64,000 nucleotides of DNA from Yuukianura sp. NJ FZ-2021 (taxonomy: Eukaryota): positions 6,014,001-6,078,000 of the forward strand of contig CM102287.1 in assembly GCA_046563655.1 (NCBI GenBank), read 5' to 3'. The translations under genes and the position numbers were made by a program. The notes below the pieces were generated by a model. It worked only from the letters and a program-made list of their open reading frames with translations, had not been told where the DNA came from and did not search any database. Every line of letters starts with the position of its first letter. Position 1 is the first letter of the stretch. Positions 48,547 to 59,892 of this stretch are shown here, piece after piece.

Positions 48547-50550
48547 TTAGTCTACTTCTTCTACGGTGGGGCCAGATCCAGAATGTCCATCAGGTCCAGG
48601 TCGCTGACCTCCAGCACGTTGACCTCCGTGCAACTTCGTCATGAACGGAGCGCAATATTTCTGAATTTCATTCAGTTTGTCCTCGTACTCTTCTTTCTCA
48701 GCCAAAAGGTTGCTGTCCAGCCATTTCAGAACTTCAGAGCATTTCGATCCAACTTCCTTTTTCTCCGATTCAGACAATTTGTCCGCCGAAGCTTCTTCCG
48801 CTGCTTGTTTGACTCCGAACAAATACGACTCCAATTTGTTCCGAGCAGCGACTTTTTCTCGTTGCTTTTCATCTTCTGCTTGATACTTCTCAGCATCCGC
48901 AACCATCTTCTCAATTTGTTCCTTGCTGAGTCTTCCCTTGTCGTTCCGAATCGTAATTTTTTCGGATTTGCCAGTACTCGAATCCTTGGCGGAGACATTC
49001 AAAATTCCATTGGCGTCAATGTCGAAAGAGACTTCAATTTGCGGAACTCCGCGTGGAGCTGGTGGAATTCCAGTGAGATTGAATGTGCCAAGTAAATTGT
49101 TGTCCTTGGTCATAGCTCGTTCACCTTCAAATACTTGGATGGTCACGGCCGGTTGGTTGTCAGCGTAAGTAGTGAATGTCTTGGATTGTTTGGCGGGAAT
49201 TTTGCAGTTTCGCTCGACGATCTTCGTCATGACGCCACCGGCAGTTTCGATTCCAAGTGAAAGTGGAGCGACGTCAACGAGCAGAACTTGTTGAAGTGAA
49301 GCAGAGTTGTCACCGCTCAAAATGGCTCCTTGTACTGCTGCACCGTAAGCAACGGCTTCATCAGGATTGATGGACTTGTTCAGTTCTTTGCCATTGAAGA
49401 AGTCTTGAAGCAGTTTTTGAACTTTGGGAATCCGAGTTGACCCGCCAACAAGAACAACGTCATGGATTTGGCCTTTGTCCATTTTGGCATCTTTGAGAGC
49501 CTTCTCTACTGGTTCCATTGTGGATCGAAACAGGTCGATGCAAAGTTCTTCAAATCTTGCGCGGGAAATTTTAGAGTAAAAGTCAACTCCGTCGTGAAGA
49601 GCGTCAATTTCAATGCTTGCTTCTGTGTTGGATGACAGAGTGCGTTTGGCCCGTTCACAGGCAGTGCGCAGACGTCGAATAGCTCGGGGGTTTGAGCTGA
49701 TGTCTTTCTTGTATTTTCGTTTGAATTCTTCCACGAAGTGGTTGACCAATCGGTTGTCAAAGTCTTCCCCACCAAGATGTGTGTCTCCTGCAGTAGACCG
49801 TACAGAAAAGAGTGATCCGTCGTCAATGGTCAGAATAGAGACGTCAAAAGTTCCACCTCCGAGGTCAAAGATCAGAACATTTCGTTCTCCTTGGAGATTT
49901 TTGTCCAGTCCATAAGCAAGGGCAGCCGCAGTAGGCTCGTTAATGATTCTGAGGACGTTGAGTCCAGCGATGGCTCCAGCGTCTTTTGTGGCTTGACGCT
50001 GTGAGTCATTGAAGTATGCTGGAACGGTGATGACAGCGTCCTTGACCTGTCGACCCAGAAAAGCCTCTGCCGTTTCTTTCATTTTGACGAGGACCATGGA
50101 ACTGATTTCTTCTGGTGAAAACGTCTTCGTTTCTCCTTTGAATTCCACTTCAAAAACTGGTTTGGATGAATCGTTTCGCACTTTGAATGGCCAGTGCTTC
50201 ATGTCGCCTTGAATCTTCGGATCGTCATATTTTCGTCCAATCAATCTGCAATTCGAAAAGAAAACATTAAGGAATCTGTTTTTCGTTTTCTTTAAAATCT
50301 TATTTTTGAATTTTTATTTAAATAAAACTTACCTTTTAGCATCGAAAATTGTGTTTCTCGGATTCATAGCGACTTGGTTCTTGGCAGCGTCACCGATGAG
50401 TCGCTCAGTGTCTGTGAAAGCGACATAACTGGGTGTGGTTCTATTGCCCTGGTCATTGGCGATGATTTCCACTTTTCCGTGTTGCCAGACACCGACGCAC
50501 GAATATGTCGTGCCCAAGTCAATTCCAATAGCAGGAGCTTTGCCAGCCAT
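48547..50550 (-). CDS. Hsp70: Cytosolic Hsp70, probably inducible; one 87-nt intron (50332-50246)
   Basis: [34 protein letters not shown] and C-terminal GPTVEEVD. No GGMP repeats. Confidence 0.97.
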
Positions 50551-50761
50551 TTTGCTTCTTGTCAAAAGTTAACTTGAATGGAAACACTGAACAATAATAA
50601 TTTTTGAAGACTTCACAACTGTAAGATGGAAAAGTTTTAGTTGAATTTGGGCGTTAACTTCCTGTTTTCAGAAAATTAATTTTTAAAGTGTTGGTTTCAC
50701 TCGGCTTCTTTCAGCTTTGCTTGTGTTAAAGTGAGTTGGCTGCACGGAAATGGACTGGGGG

Positions 50762-50972
50762 TTATATACTAAAATCCATAGAAAGTGCAGGATGTTTCGA
50801 GTAGCTTCCAACGCATAATGGCAATGGCATAGGTCTATCTATTACTAAACTTTCTCGAAGCTACTCTTTCATTCCAGAACATTGCAGTACATTCTATGTA
50901 CATCTCTACATTTCTAGAACTTTCTCCAGTAGTGACCTTCTGGAATGAAGTGAGGCAGTGTTTTCGAAATCC
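50762..50972 (-). promoter_or_regulatory. Hsp70 promoter: TATA box plus heat-shock elements
   Basis: TATATAA on the minus strand at about 50762-50768. Alternating nGAAn/nTTCn arrays: TTCTCGAA (about 50852), TTCCAGAA (about 50872), TTCTAGAACTTTC (about 50912), TTCTGGAA (about 50938). Confidence 0.85.
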
Positions 50973-52012
50973 GCTGTAAATTAAAATTCCTTTATTGACG
51001 CGAGTAAATTTTTTTTTGTTGCACTTAATAATCTTAAGTAATTATTGAATTTTAAGATTGGGTGCTATTTGCAAAGTTTCAAAGGTTGAAAGCAATTGGT
51101 ACCTTCTTAAAATTTTGTCAAATCTTGAATAGAAAGTGTACAAACAAGCAACACGATGAACTAAAAAAAAATTATTTTTTCAATCTTTTGTCAAGTGTGA
51201 ACTAGCACATTTGGCATTTGGTTTTAGTAAACGAACTTTTTTTGTTTCAATTCGGTGTTAACTTAAGAAGACTCAGGAAAATATTTTTCATAAAATCAAA
51301 ATGGTTTTGTGAGTTGACGTGAGTCAAGAATTTTGTTCATAAAATTCTTTTTCCTGACCTCGCCTGCCACAAATTTTGTTAAAAAAAATACTATCAATTG
51401 TTTTTTACGATGATGTCAACTTTTTGTTGTTTTAAAAACGTATATCGCAAGTCGCAACTTGCAACATAGACTCTCGTGTGTCGCTGGGATGAAATTTTTG
51501 TTCTAAAGAAGCGCGGAAATTAGATAGATCGCTTTACTCCGTTTTTACATGTTTTTTTTAGAAACCTTGTGTACAAAATTTCAACTTTGCTGACCTCTGA
51601 CCTCGACACCTTTGAGTTTGAAAAGAAATGTAATTTTGGTAAAAAAGAAAATAGAACAGCACAAAAATTTAAACGTGTGGATGCAGGTGGGGAGGCAAAA
51701 ATTTACTTCAACCAGGATTTACTTGTTACACTTTACTTTTTGGTGGCGCGGAAAGCGGGTCCAGTCCAAGTGGATCGCGGGACCGGTTTACTCAATCGTC
51801 AATGTTGTGTTTCTGTCTAAAATTAAACCAGTTAATTAATCCTCCTTTTTAAATAGGCCATATAGTAGGTGGGTAATTTAGAACTTTCGTGTGTAGAACG
51901 GTTATTAGTAACATTTTAGTTGAGTTTGGGTAATTCAATTTCGAATCACACTGAAAGTGTATAGTGTACTATAGTCAAATAATTCTATTGTTTTTCTTTT
52001 CAGATTTCCGAT

Positions 52013-55000
52013 ATGAATTCGATTCATGACAATTTCGTCGTTTCCGTCCAGTGTATGGAGTCAAGATATAAAGTATTTGAAGTCATGGGGGAATGGATAG
52101 CACATCTAAAGGAAGCGATGTACGAACCGTTGCAACTGAAAGAACTTGAGATTCGCCCTGACGTCTTGGACGAAGTAAGTAAAGTTATATGTATAGATGA
52201 ACTAATGAGCATGTTCAACTCACACTTATTTTCAACAATTTGTGGCAGGTGAGATCATTCTTGGAAATGGAACAAGACACTTGGAGCCTTATCTTAGACC
52301 TATGCTATTTTCGGCTAGAGACGAGTGAACAGGAGGGATCTGACGATGATATTGAAGTGGACACAAAAGATGAAATGTCAATTATAAATCGGATAACATC
52401 AAAGGACCGCACCGTGAGAGAGGTGAGCTCTAGAGCTTCCGGTATTTTACTAAAGTTTTGTTTTAAACCAGGAATTCTTTGGTATTGATGTAATTTCTGC
52501 TTTGGACAGATGGCTATTATGCTGGGGTGGCTCGAATCTAACTTCTCTAAGCAACCCCCACCAGATTTGATTAACAAATTCATCAACTGGGAGCAGACTT
52601 TGGAGTCCTTGAAGGTTTCTAGGAAATCCTAAAACATATCAGAAGTTTTTGTTCTTTCTTATACTATTTTTAGATTTTTCTTGTTAGCCGGACTAAGAGT
52701 GAGATTCCAGACTAGTGCTCACCTGTCACCCAGTGCACCCAAACACAGGTGGGCATAAAGTAAATTGACTTATTTCATAATTACTTTTAAAATTACTTAA
52801 AAATCTCCAAATTGCTTTTAAAATTATTAAATAAATTTAAATTAAATTTTATTAATATGAAATAATATTTTTTAGTGTTTTTTTTAGTTGTATTTTTTTT
52901 TGGACAAAAAAGACATTTAAAAAAATTATTTCATATTAATAAAATTTAATTTAAATTTATTTAATAATTTTAAAACTAATTTGGAGATTTTTAAGTAATT
53001 TTAAAAGTAATTATGAAATAAGTCAATTTACTTTATGCCCACCTGTGTTTGGGTGCACTGGGTGACAGGTGAGCACTAGGCTGGAATCCCACTCTTAGTC
53101 CGGCTAACAAGAAAAATCTAAAAATAGTAGCATGATTTGCTGTTTTACTAGAGGGAAAGCAAGCTCGATTTCAAGGGTTCGAGACCGATGGTAACTAGGA
53201 TAGACCCTGATGTTTGTTTTCGGGAAGGGAAGGAAATTCATCCAATTGATTCTGTAAGAAAGTTGGTGGTTAATAATCGAAAATCTTCACGTTGAATTTA
53301 ATGCGAACTATGACTAAAAATGGAATTACGGATGTAATTTTTTTTCTTCTGTTTGTACAGGAAGATGACATGAAAGTAATGAAAGGAGCATTCTACTACA
53401 TTCGATCGGGTCAGTACACTAAAACGGTAGAGCACCTCTTCGAATCCGGCCACATTTCCACTGCTGCTATGCTAAACGGTGCAATGTATTCCGAGAAAGT
53501 GGCGCCCAATATGGCTAATACACAAGGAACGTTTCTCAACACTTATTATGGGGATGGGATGTACTTGGCTGGTGGTGAAGGAGACGCTACTAATAATGTT
53601 GGTAAAATGGCTCCGGATTTAAAGAAGTTTGCAACTGTCGGTAATTCAGACCGTGATATTTGGAAGTGCACTGCCTTTGAAATATGTGAAGCCAACGGCC
53701 TGTCCAAATATGGAAGGGCAACGCTCGCTACCGTTTGTGGTCATCGGAAATCACTGCTAAATGTGGCTGTAACATGGGAAGATAAGGTATGTCAGCAATT
53801 TTATTCAGAATTAGGTGAAAGGTGTCCTGATTTTTACACGGTTGGAATTCGTATGTGTCTTTTTAGCTATGGAGTTACTTGAGAACGCTGTACGACGTAC
53901 GTGTAGAAGGGGAATTCCGACGCTACAGTACTGCTGAATTAGTTGCACTGCCAGACGAATACTGGGCACAGGAAACTACGCTATTGGAGTGTATGAACGA
54001 AGTGCTGCCAAATGATACTGGATTCGTCGGTAACCTGAAACAAGTCTTTCAGTTGGTACAAAAATATTTCATTATTGACGATACCGACGTACTGCTGAGC
54101 AAATTGAAAACTGGATTATCCCAACTTCTGTAAGTTTTTGCTTTTGCAGTTTTGAGACCTAACCTAACTTTAAGTTATCGATAATTTTTGTTTAAATCTT
54201 TAGAACCTATGATGATGATGACACGATTCTTACCGGGCATCTTCTCCGATTCTTGACACATCTGTTACTGGCAATGGGTGTTATTGGATTGTCGTATGAA
54301 GAGGATCTGATGAATACTTGCACCGAGGCGTACATCAAGGTGAATAAAACTAAGTTCACTACTTATGTCCCTAATAAATTGCTAATCCATTTATTATTAT
54401 GTTTGTTTTGTGAAGGTGCTCATCCGGGAAGGAAAGTTGGCCTTCATTCCATTTTATGTGGAGAAACTGTCTGCGGAAAGACAGATTCCCGTCATCGTTG
54501 AGCAAATCCATGCATACAGCGAAACCAAACGAGATGTGATTGAACTGTTCATGCAAGCCGCTTACGTCAACAATTTGAACGTACTTGGTATTGGGACCGC
54601 AATTGTGGAGAAACTTTGTGATTCACAAGATGATTTTGATGTTGAGAGTCTGCACTGGATAACATCGTGTTACTCCTTGGTGCATGACCCACGGGAAGTT
54701 ATGCTGGCGTTTCTCCAGAACTCGATTGCGATCATCAGGAAATTTCTTACATTGAATGACCTTGCGAAGTGCAATCAGGTCATGCGTCAGGTAAAATCGA
54801 TAAGCTACTCAGGGTCATATATTGTCCTATAAGTAATTTGTTTCGCTTGGATTTGTATTACAGGTCGATGACAGTTGCATTGAGGAAGTTCTTTCACTCT
54901 CAGAGGATTATGATTTTACTTTGGTTCGGGAATGCTTCTGTTATAAAACATATTTGGTAACTAGAGATGCTTTATGATCTGATTTGAAGCGATTTGCATT

Positions 55001-55629
55001 ATTCTATGCAGTAATAACCTTGTATGTGCATTATTTTCCAGGAAGCGGAGGATTCTCTACTGCTGTGGCAGCGCTCGTTACGGCAGAAACCACAGGCAGA
55101 CACTGGAGAGCAGCCGAGGTCATTGCAGCGCGGAGATTTAAGTGTGGCCGAACAAGCGTTACTGGAAAAGAAAAATTCTGACGCGAAAGCTGCCGAACTG
55201 AAATGGCAAAAGGCAATGAACTACCACTTGAAAAACTGTATTCAGAAATTCTTTGCCGTCCTCACATTTAACCAAGGATGGCTCGTGGATTGTGTTACTC
55301 CAACGAATGAAACAGAATTCAACAGGGTCAAAGCCATCAGAAGACTCATTCTTCCAAAGGTGAAGCAAAATGTTTCTTCAAAATTACTAAACAATTGATG
55401 TTAATTGATTTTTGAATTTTTCGTGTAATTCCAGGTTGTATTCGTTCTCATCAAACTCATAACAGAACAAAACTCGTTGGCATCAATGCGTCAATTGGTT
55501 TACATCTTGTGTGAAGATTCAAGAGAAATCCTCAACGAATTTACGACTGGTGAGATCAGTTCAATTTTTAAAGCCGTCGAAGAGTTTGTAAGGAATACAT
55601 CAACGACTCTCACTGAACTTCCCAAGTAG
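52013..55629 (+). CDS. Nup107: Nuclear pore complex protein Nup107-like, divergent, about 12 exons
   Basis: Ordered Nup84/Nup107 motifs: EQDTWSL, GWLE, WEQTLESLK, VTRIDPD, YIRSG, GNSDRDIWK, YGRATLATVCG, TWEDK|LWSYLR, LLRFLTHLLL, GWLVD, IRRLILP. Confidence 0.8.
52662..53129. mobile_element. Near-perfect foldback element (about 205-bp arms, about 50-bp spacer) in a Nup107 intron
   Basis: TACTATTTTTAGATTTTTCTTGTTAGCCGGACTAAGAGTG...AATATGAAATAAT is repeated as the reverse complement ending CTAAAAATAGTA with only a few mismatches. TA at both ends. Confidence 0.9.
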
Positions 55630-56148
55630 GTTTCTACTTCTAGAGTCTAAGGAAATGTTTTCTAATGTAGTTTTGTCCCGGTCTAGACGACACATTTTGT
55701 AAATAATTTAATGTTAAAACTTTGTAATTTTTCGGAGCATTATTGGCGCCTATTGAACGCCTACAACTTCATATCTCTTCACCCATTTATCTCCAATATT
55801 TTTTGTGACTTTTTTCTCAATATTTTGGATTACTTTTTACTATATAAGTATTTTGCAGCAGAGTTGTAAAAATTGGATGTAAAAGGTAAATAAAAACCAG
55901 GAAGTTTAGGACGGCTAAACGATAGTTAATATTTAGATAGAAGATTAGACGCATCAAATCAGTTGTTCCTAATCAGTTATTTTCAATCCCCACTCCAATC
56001 CCCATGCAATCTCAAAATATTAGGATTTCAGTAAACTTTTTGGCGGATTCGCATTAGTGTATCTGTGTTTTTATTGAAAGCAATAGCGAAAGTTAGACGA
56101 AAATTAGATTCTAAACGAAGTGTTTATGATATTCAAGTTAGGGTCACC

Positions 56149-57551
56149 ATGAAGTATTTTCTTTTGTTAAGTTTAGTCATTTTGCATTCAGGATGTAAGC
56201 AATTGAGGGATACCGGAAATTATTCCAACCTTATTAATGGTCATAGGCTAAACGGGACGCAATGCGTAGATCATGCACAGTGTGGACGAAATATTCAGTG
56301 TAAAAATGGATTCTGCACTTGCAGAGCTGGTGATCACCGTTTGACCTTTGACAAAATTCAAAAAACTTGTGCTAGGATTGCTGGTGAAAATTGTTCGGAG
56401 CACTACCCCTGCGTCTCTAATGCTAACTGTGATCCCGTCACTGCAAAGTGTACTTGTGAACCTAACGAATTCTCAGAAACTGGTTTTGGAGAATGCAGAC
56501 TAAACTATGGAGTAGATTGCAGTCGCCATGGGATTTACTGCAACGCAGAGAAGTTTCTTGGGTGTAACCTCGAATCCACCTTGTGCACATGCGCTAACGA
56601 CGCAGAGCAAATTTACAACGCTGTCTCGGGTAAGTTTCATAGATTTCTTGAAATTACGTTTTAAAAAATAGTTTTAAGAAGAATATTTATGAATTTCAGA
56701 AAATTGAAACATTTCCAGGGTCATGCTTGGTACGACCAATGGAGAGATGCGAACTCGTCGAATACGGAATCACCTCAAATTGTGTTCCCAACGCTAAATG
56801 TGTTAATGACACCACTCCAGCAGAGTTTGGAGTTTGCACATGCGTCGACGGCTACGAAAGGACGGATTCAGCATGCTTACCATTGTACGGCAATCCTTGT
56901 AACCTGGACGACGCATGCGCCCCGGGTAGGGACTTGGAATGCTCTGTTCCCGAATTCGGTTTAAGGCCGATTTGTACTTGTCAGAGTGGAAGATTCAATG
57001 AATCTGCCCAAATATGTCAGGAAGACACGACTATAAATTGTGGCGATTCTTCTACCTTGGATCCAACCTTAAACATTTGTCGAGTCAAGGCCAACTACCC
57101 TTGTGATATTGCCACTGACATTTGCACTACAGATGCTGTTTGTGAAAACGGGGTTTGCCAATGTGCCAGGTACCACTTTCCTACGACGGATGGTCGCTGT
57201 CAATTTTTGTTTGAAGCGTCTGAGTCCAGCCAAAGTGGCTGTGACGCTGAAACTTTGTTGAAATGCTTGCACTGTCATTGCTTTCCAACCGACAGCTCGT
57301 CGCAAACAAGTGAAAATTGTTCCACCATTTTCAAAACTTGTGAAGCTCACCTAGACGTTCTCTTCAAGCATTCAAAATGTCCAGGATCGGACAACATCAA
57401 GTCCAGCGATCTCTTTAACGAAGTGGTGATGGCCGCATCAAACTCCAGAAAAACAGAGCCTCATACTACTTCTACTTCAGATTCAATATCAGCAAACCCT
57501 AAAATAAATTCCATGATCTTCATAATACTTACTCTTGTTAGGATACGATAA
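56149..57551 (+). CDS. Secreted or GPI-anchored Cys-rich EGF/EB-module-like repeat protein (exons 56149-56629, 56719-57551)
   Basis: Signal peptide, repeated CxxNAxC...CxC modules, Ser/Thr-rich stalk and a short hydrophobic C-terminus (MIFIILTLVRIR). Confidence 0.78.
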
Positions 57552-57630
57552 ATGTTTTTAATTATATTTAAGTTAGGTATAATAATTTATAATAATAATT
57601 TTATTTATAATAATTTTTTCCTTGAATATT

Positions 57631-59331
57631 TTATAGCTCATTGTATAGCGAGCGTTTCGACAAATTCATTACAATAACGATGCCCACGACTACTGCAAAA
57701 GCTATCACTACTACAACACCAACTGATCCTACTGCGAATCCAGGATTAGCTTTGTTACCTGATAAATTTGATAATTATCAAAACTAATTAATTGGTTTTA
57801 AATTCTGACTAAAAACTTATTGCTAAATATCGGATTACCTTGCTTGCACATTTCGTCATAATTGGCAGGAATGTACGGCTGAATGATTTTTTCAAAATTG
57901 GAAACAAAGCAAATTGGACTACAACCAGGAATGTCTTCTAATTGAATTAATGTAGACGTCGGACCATTTCGAAAGTAAATCTTCAAAAAAATATTTCAAA
58001 ATTTAGTCGTACAAGTTTTAATTTTCAGAGTCAAACGCACCTTGAGTACAGGTTCGTCAAAATGAGGCAGTTGATGAACTTCTAAGAAGAAAGCAGAGGC
58101 TGTGAGTGGTTCAACTGAAAAGTTGTACTTGCTCATTGCTTGTTCGAATAGACTTCGTATAGCAACCAGTGTAAAGTCGTGAGAAGCGTAACCATAAATT
58201 TTCTTTTGTGGTACGTTTAGGTCCATTCTTGAAGCAAGCATTTTAAACAATGATCCCTTTTCTAAAATTTCTAATTCAAATGAAGATTTTGAAGCGTTGT
58301 AGTAGGTAGCTCGCAGAACTGGATTGTACAGTGTCAAGTACGGTAGAGCCCACGCTTCATGAATGTCACCCTGCCCAGGCTTCATTTTTTGAAAATTTGA
58401 AAGAAATGTTACAAGTAAGCAAAATCTTTAGATCTACAGATAAATTTTGTATTCCTTACCTCAATATAATTAGCACATTTGAAAATCTTGTTGTAAGAGC
58501 CCATGCTTGTGTCTAGGACAGATGAGTCGTTGGTAGCATTGGCACATGCCGTCAAAAATTGTTGAACCAAAGAATTTTCTGCAATCAATCTACTATAGTA
58601 GCTTTCAACTGCCTCATCCTTTAAGTGTTTTCGTCTTGGACAGTCGTCAGATAGTTGCAAGTACTGGAAGCATTGAAAAAATGTCGAGGTTGATGAGTAT
58701 CAAATGCCAGTTGAGGTCAAAGGTCAACTTACTTTGTCAATTTCAGCTGGAATCGGCTCTACTGGAATGGGGTCAAATGGAATATATCCAGTACAGCTCC
58801 AGTTGGCCTCCAAATTGTACTGTTCGTACAAACCATAGGCAAACAAAGCTCCACTTTGGATGCACCGAAAAGCCCCTGACGTGATGACCTTGACCTCTGC
58901 CGGGTCATATTCCTCTTTTAAGAAATCCGAGTAGCGCTCTCTAACCAATTTTCCAAGGTCATGCATTTCAGCTTTTCCCTCCTAAAAATTTCTTAACTTT
59001 GATGCAAGTTTTACAAAAATGTGATAAGTTAAGTTACTATGCGAATGCTAATGCTACCTACGTTGGTCAGTAGTCCAGTTCTATCTTCGTCAGCCTTGTC
59101 AGCAGTTTTCTTTCCATGTCGAAACACCTTAACAATGTCAAATACATTTGAGACTAAAAATTCATGAAATTGAAATATTACAAATAAAGGCTTTCAAAAT
59201 ATACAAAAATACAAAATTTTGAAAGTCCTTACAATTTGTACTGTTTGCAAAGTTTGCTCCGCTTTTTGCACTGCTAATGTTTCGTTAATTCCTGCTATGA
59301 TTATATTTAACACAAGTAATTTCAAAAGCAT
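57631..59331 (-). CDS. Histidine acid phosphatase (lysosomal/prostatic type), copy 1, 7 exons
   Basis: Signal peptide, VQI|VFRHGKKTA, GLLTN|EGKAEMHDLGKLVRERY, RCIQSG, YASHDFT, C-terminal TM and terminal YNEL. Confidence 0.85.
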
Positions 59332-59892
59332 TATTATTTGAACTTGACTCGCTTTTAAGTGAATAATATCTTATATATTATTTATACGTTTTTAGTGAAA
59401 ATTGAGTACAATATAAGCTGAGTGATTCCCTCAATAAAACGACTAAAAGAATTTAAAACACGAAATTGTAACGCTAGTGCGTACTGTTTCACGTTGTTTA
59501 TCTAATCTGTCGCATTGTTTGTGCAAGTGTTAAGTTCATATCCTCTTAAGCTGAAGCTGAACTTTGTCTTTGGATGTAAAGAATTTTGTCTGTAAAAGAT
59601 ATTTTAAAAAATGGAGAATCCGAAAGTTAGAACACTTTTAAAATTTAAGGAATAACATTATTTTCAAAAGAAAGTCTTCTCCTCTGCTTTATAATCTTGC
59701 TCAGAAAAATACAATTTGTAAAGAAATACGGCATCGTACTATGTGATATTGTGAGAACAGTATAAAATGTAATTTTTCAAACATTAGTTTGAGTGTTTCT
59801 TCTTTTAAAAGAATTCTACAGCGGGTGGCAATACTTTATTGAAATAATTTTTAAGCGCCTTAACAATTGCTTTAATACACATATTTTACAGC

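Noticed and set aside
48499..50577. Antisense ORFs opposite Hsp70
   Set aside because: Antisense open frames are a known by-product of Hsp70 codon usage, and these are fragmented.
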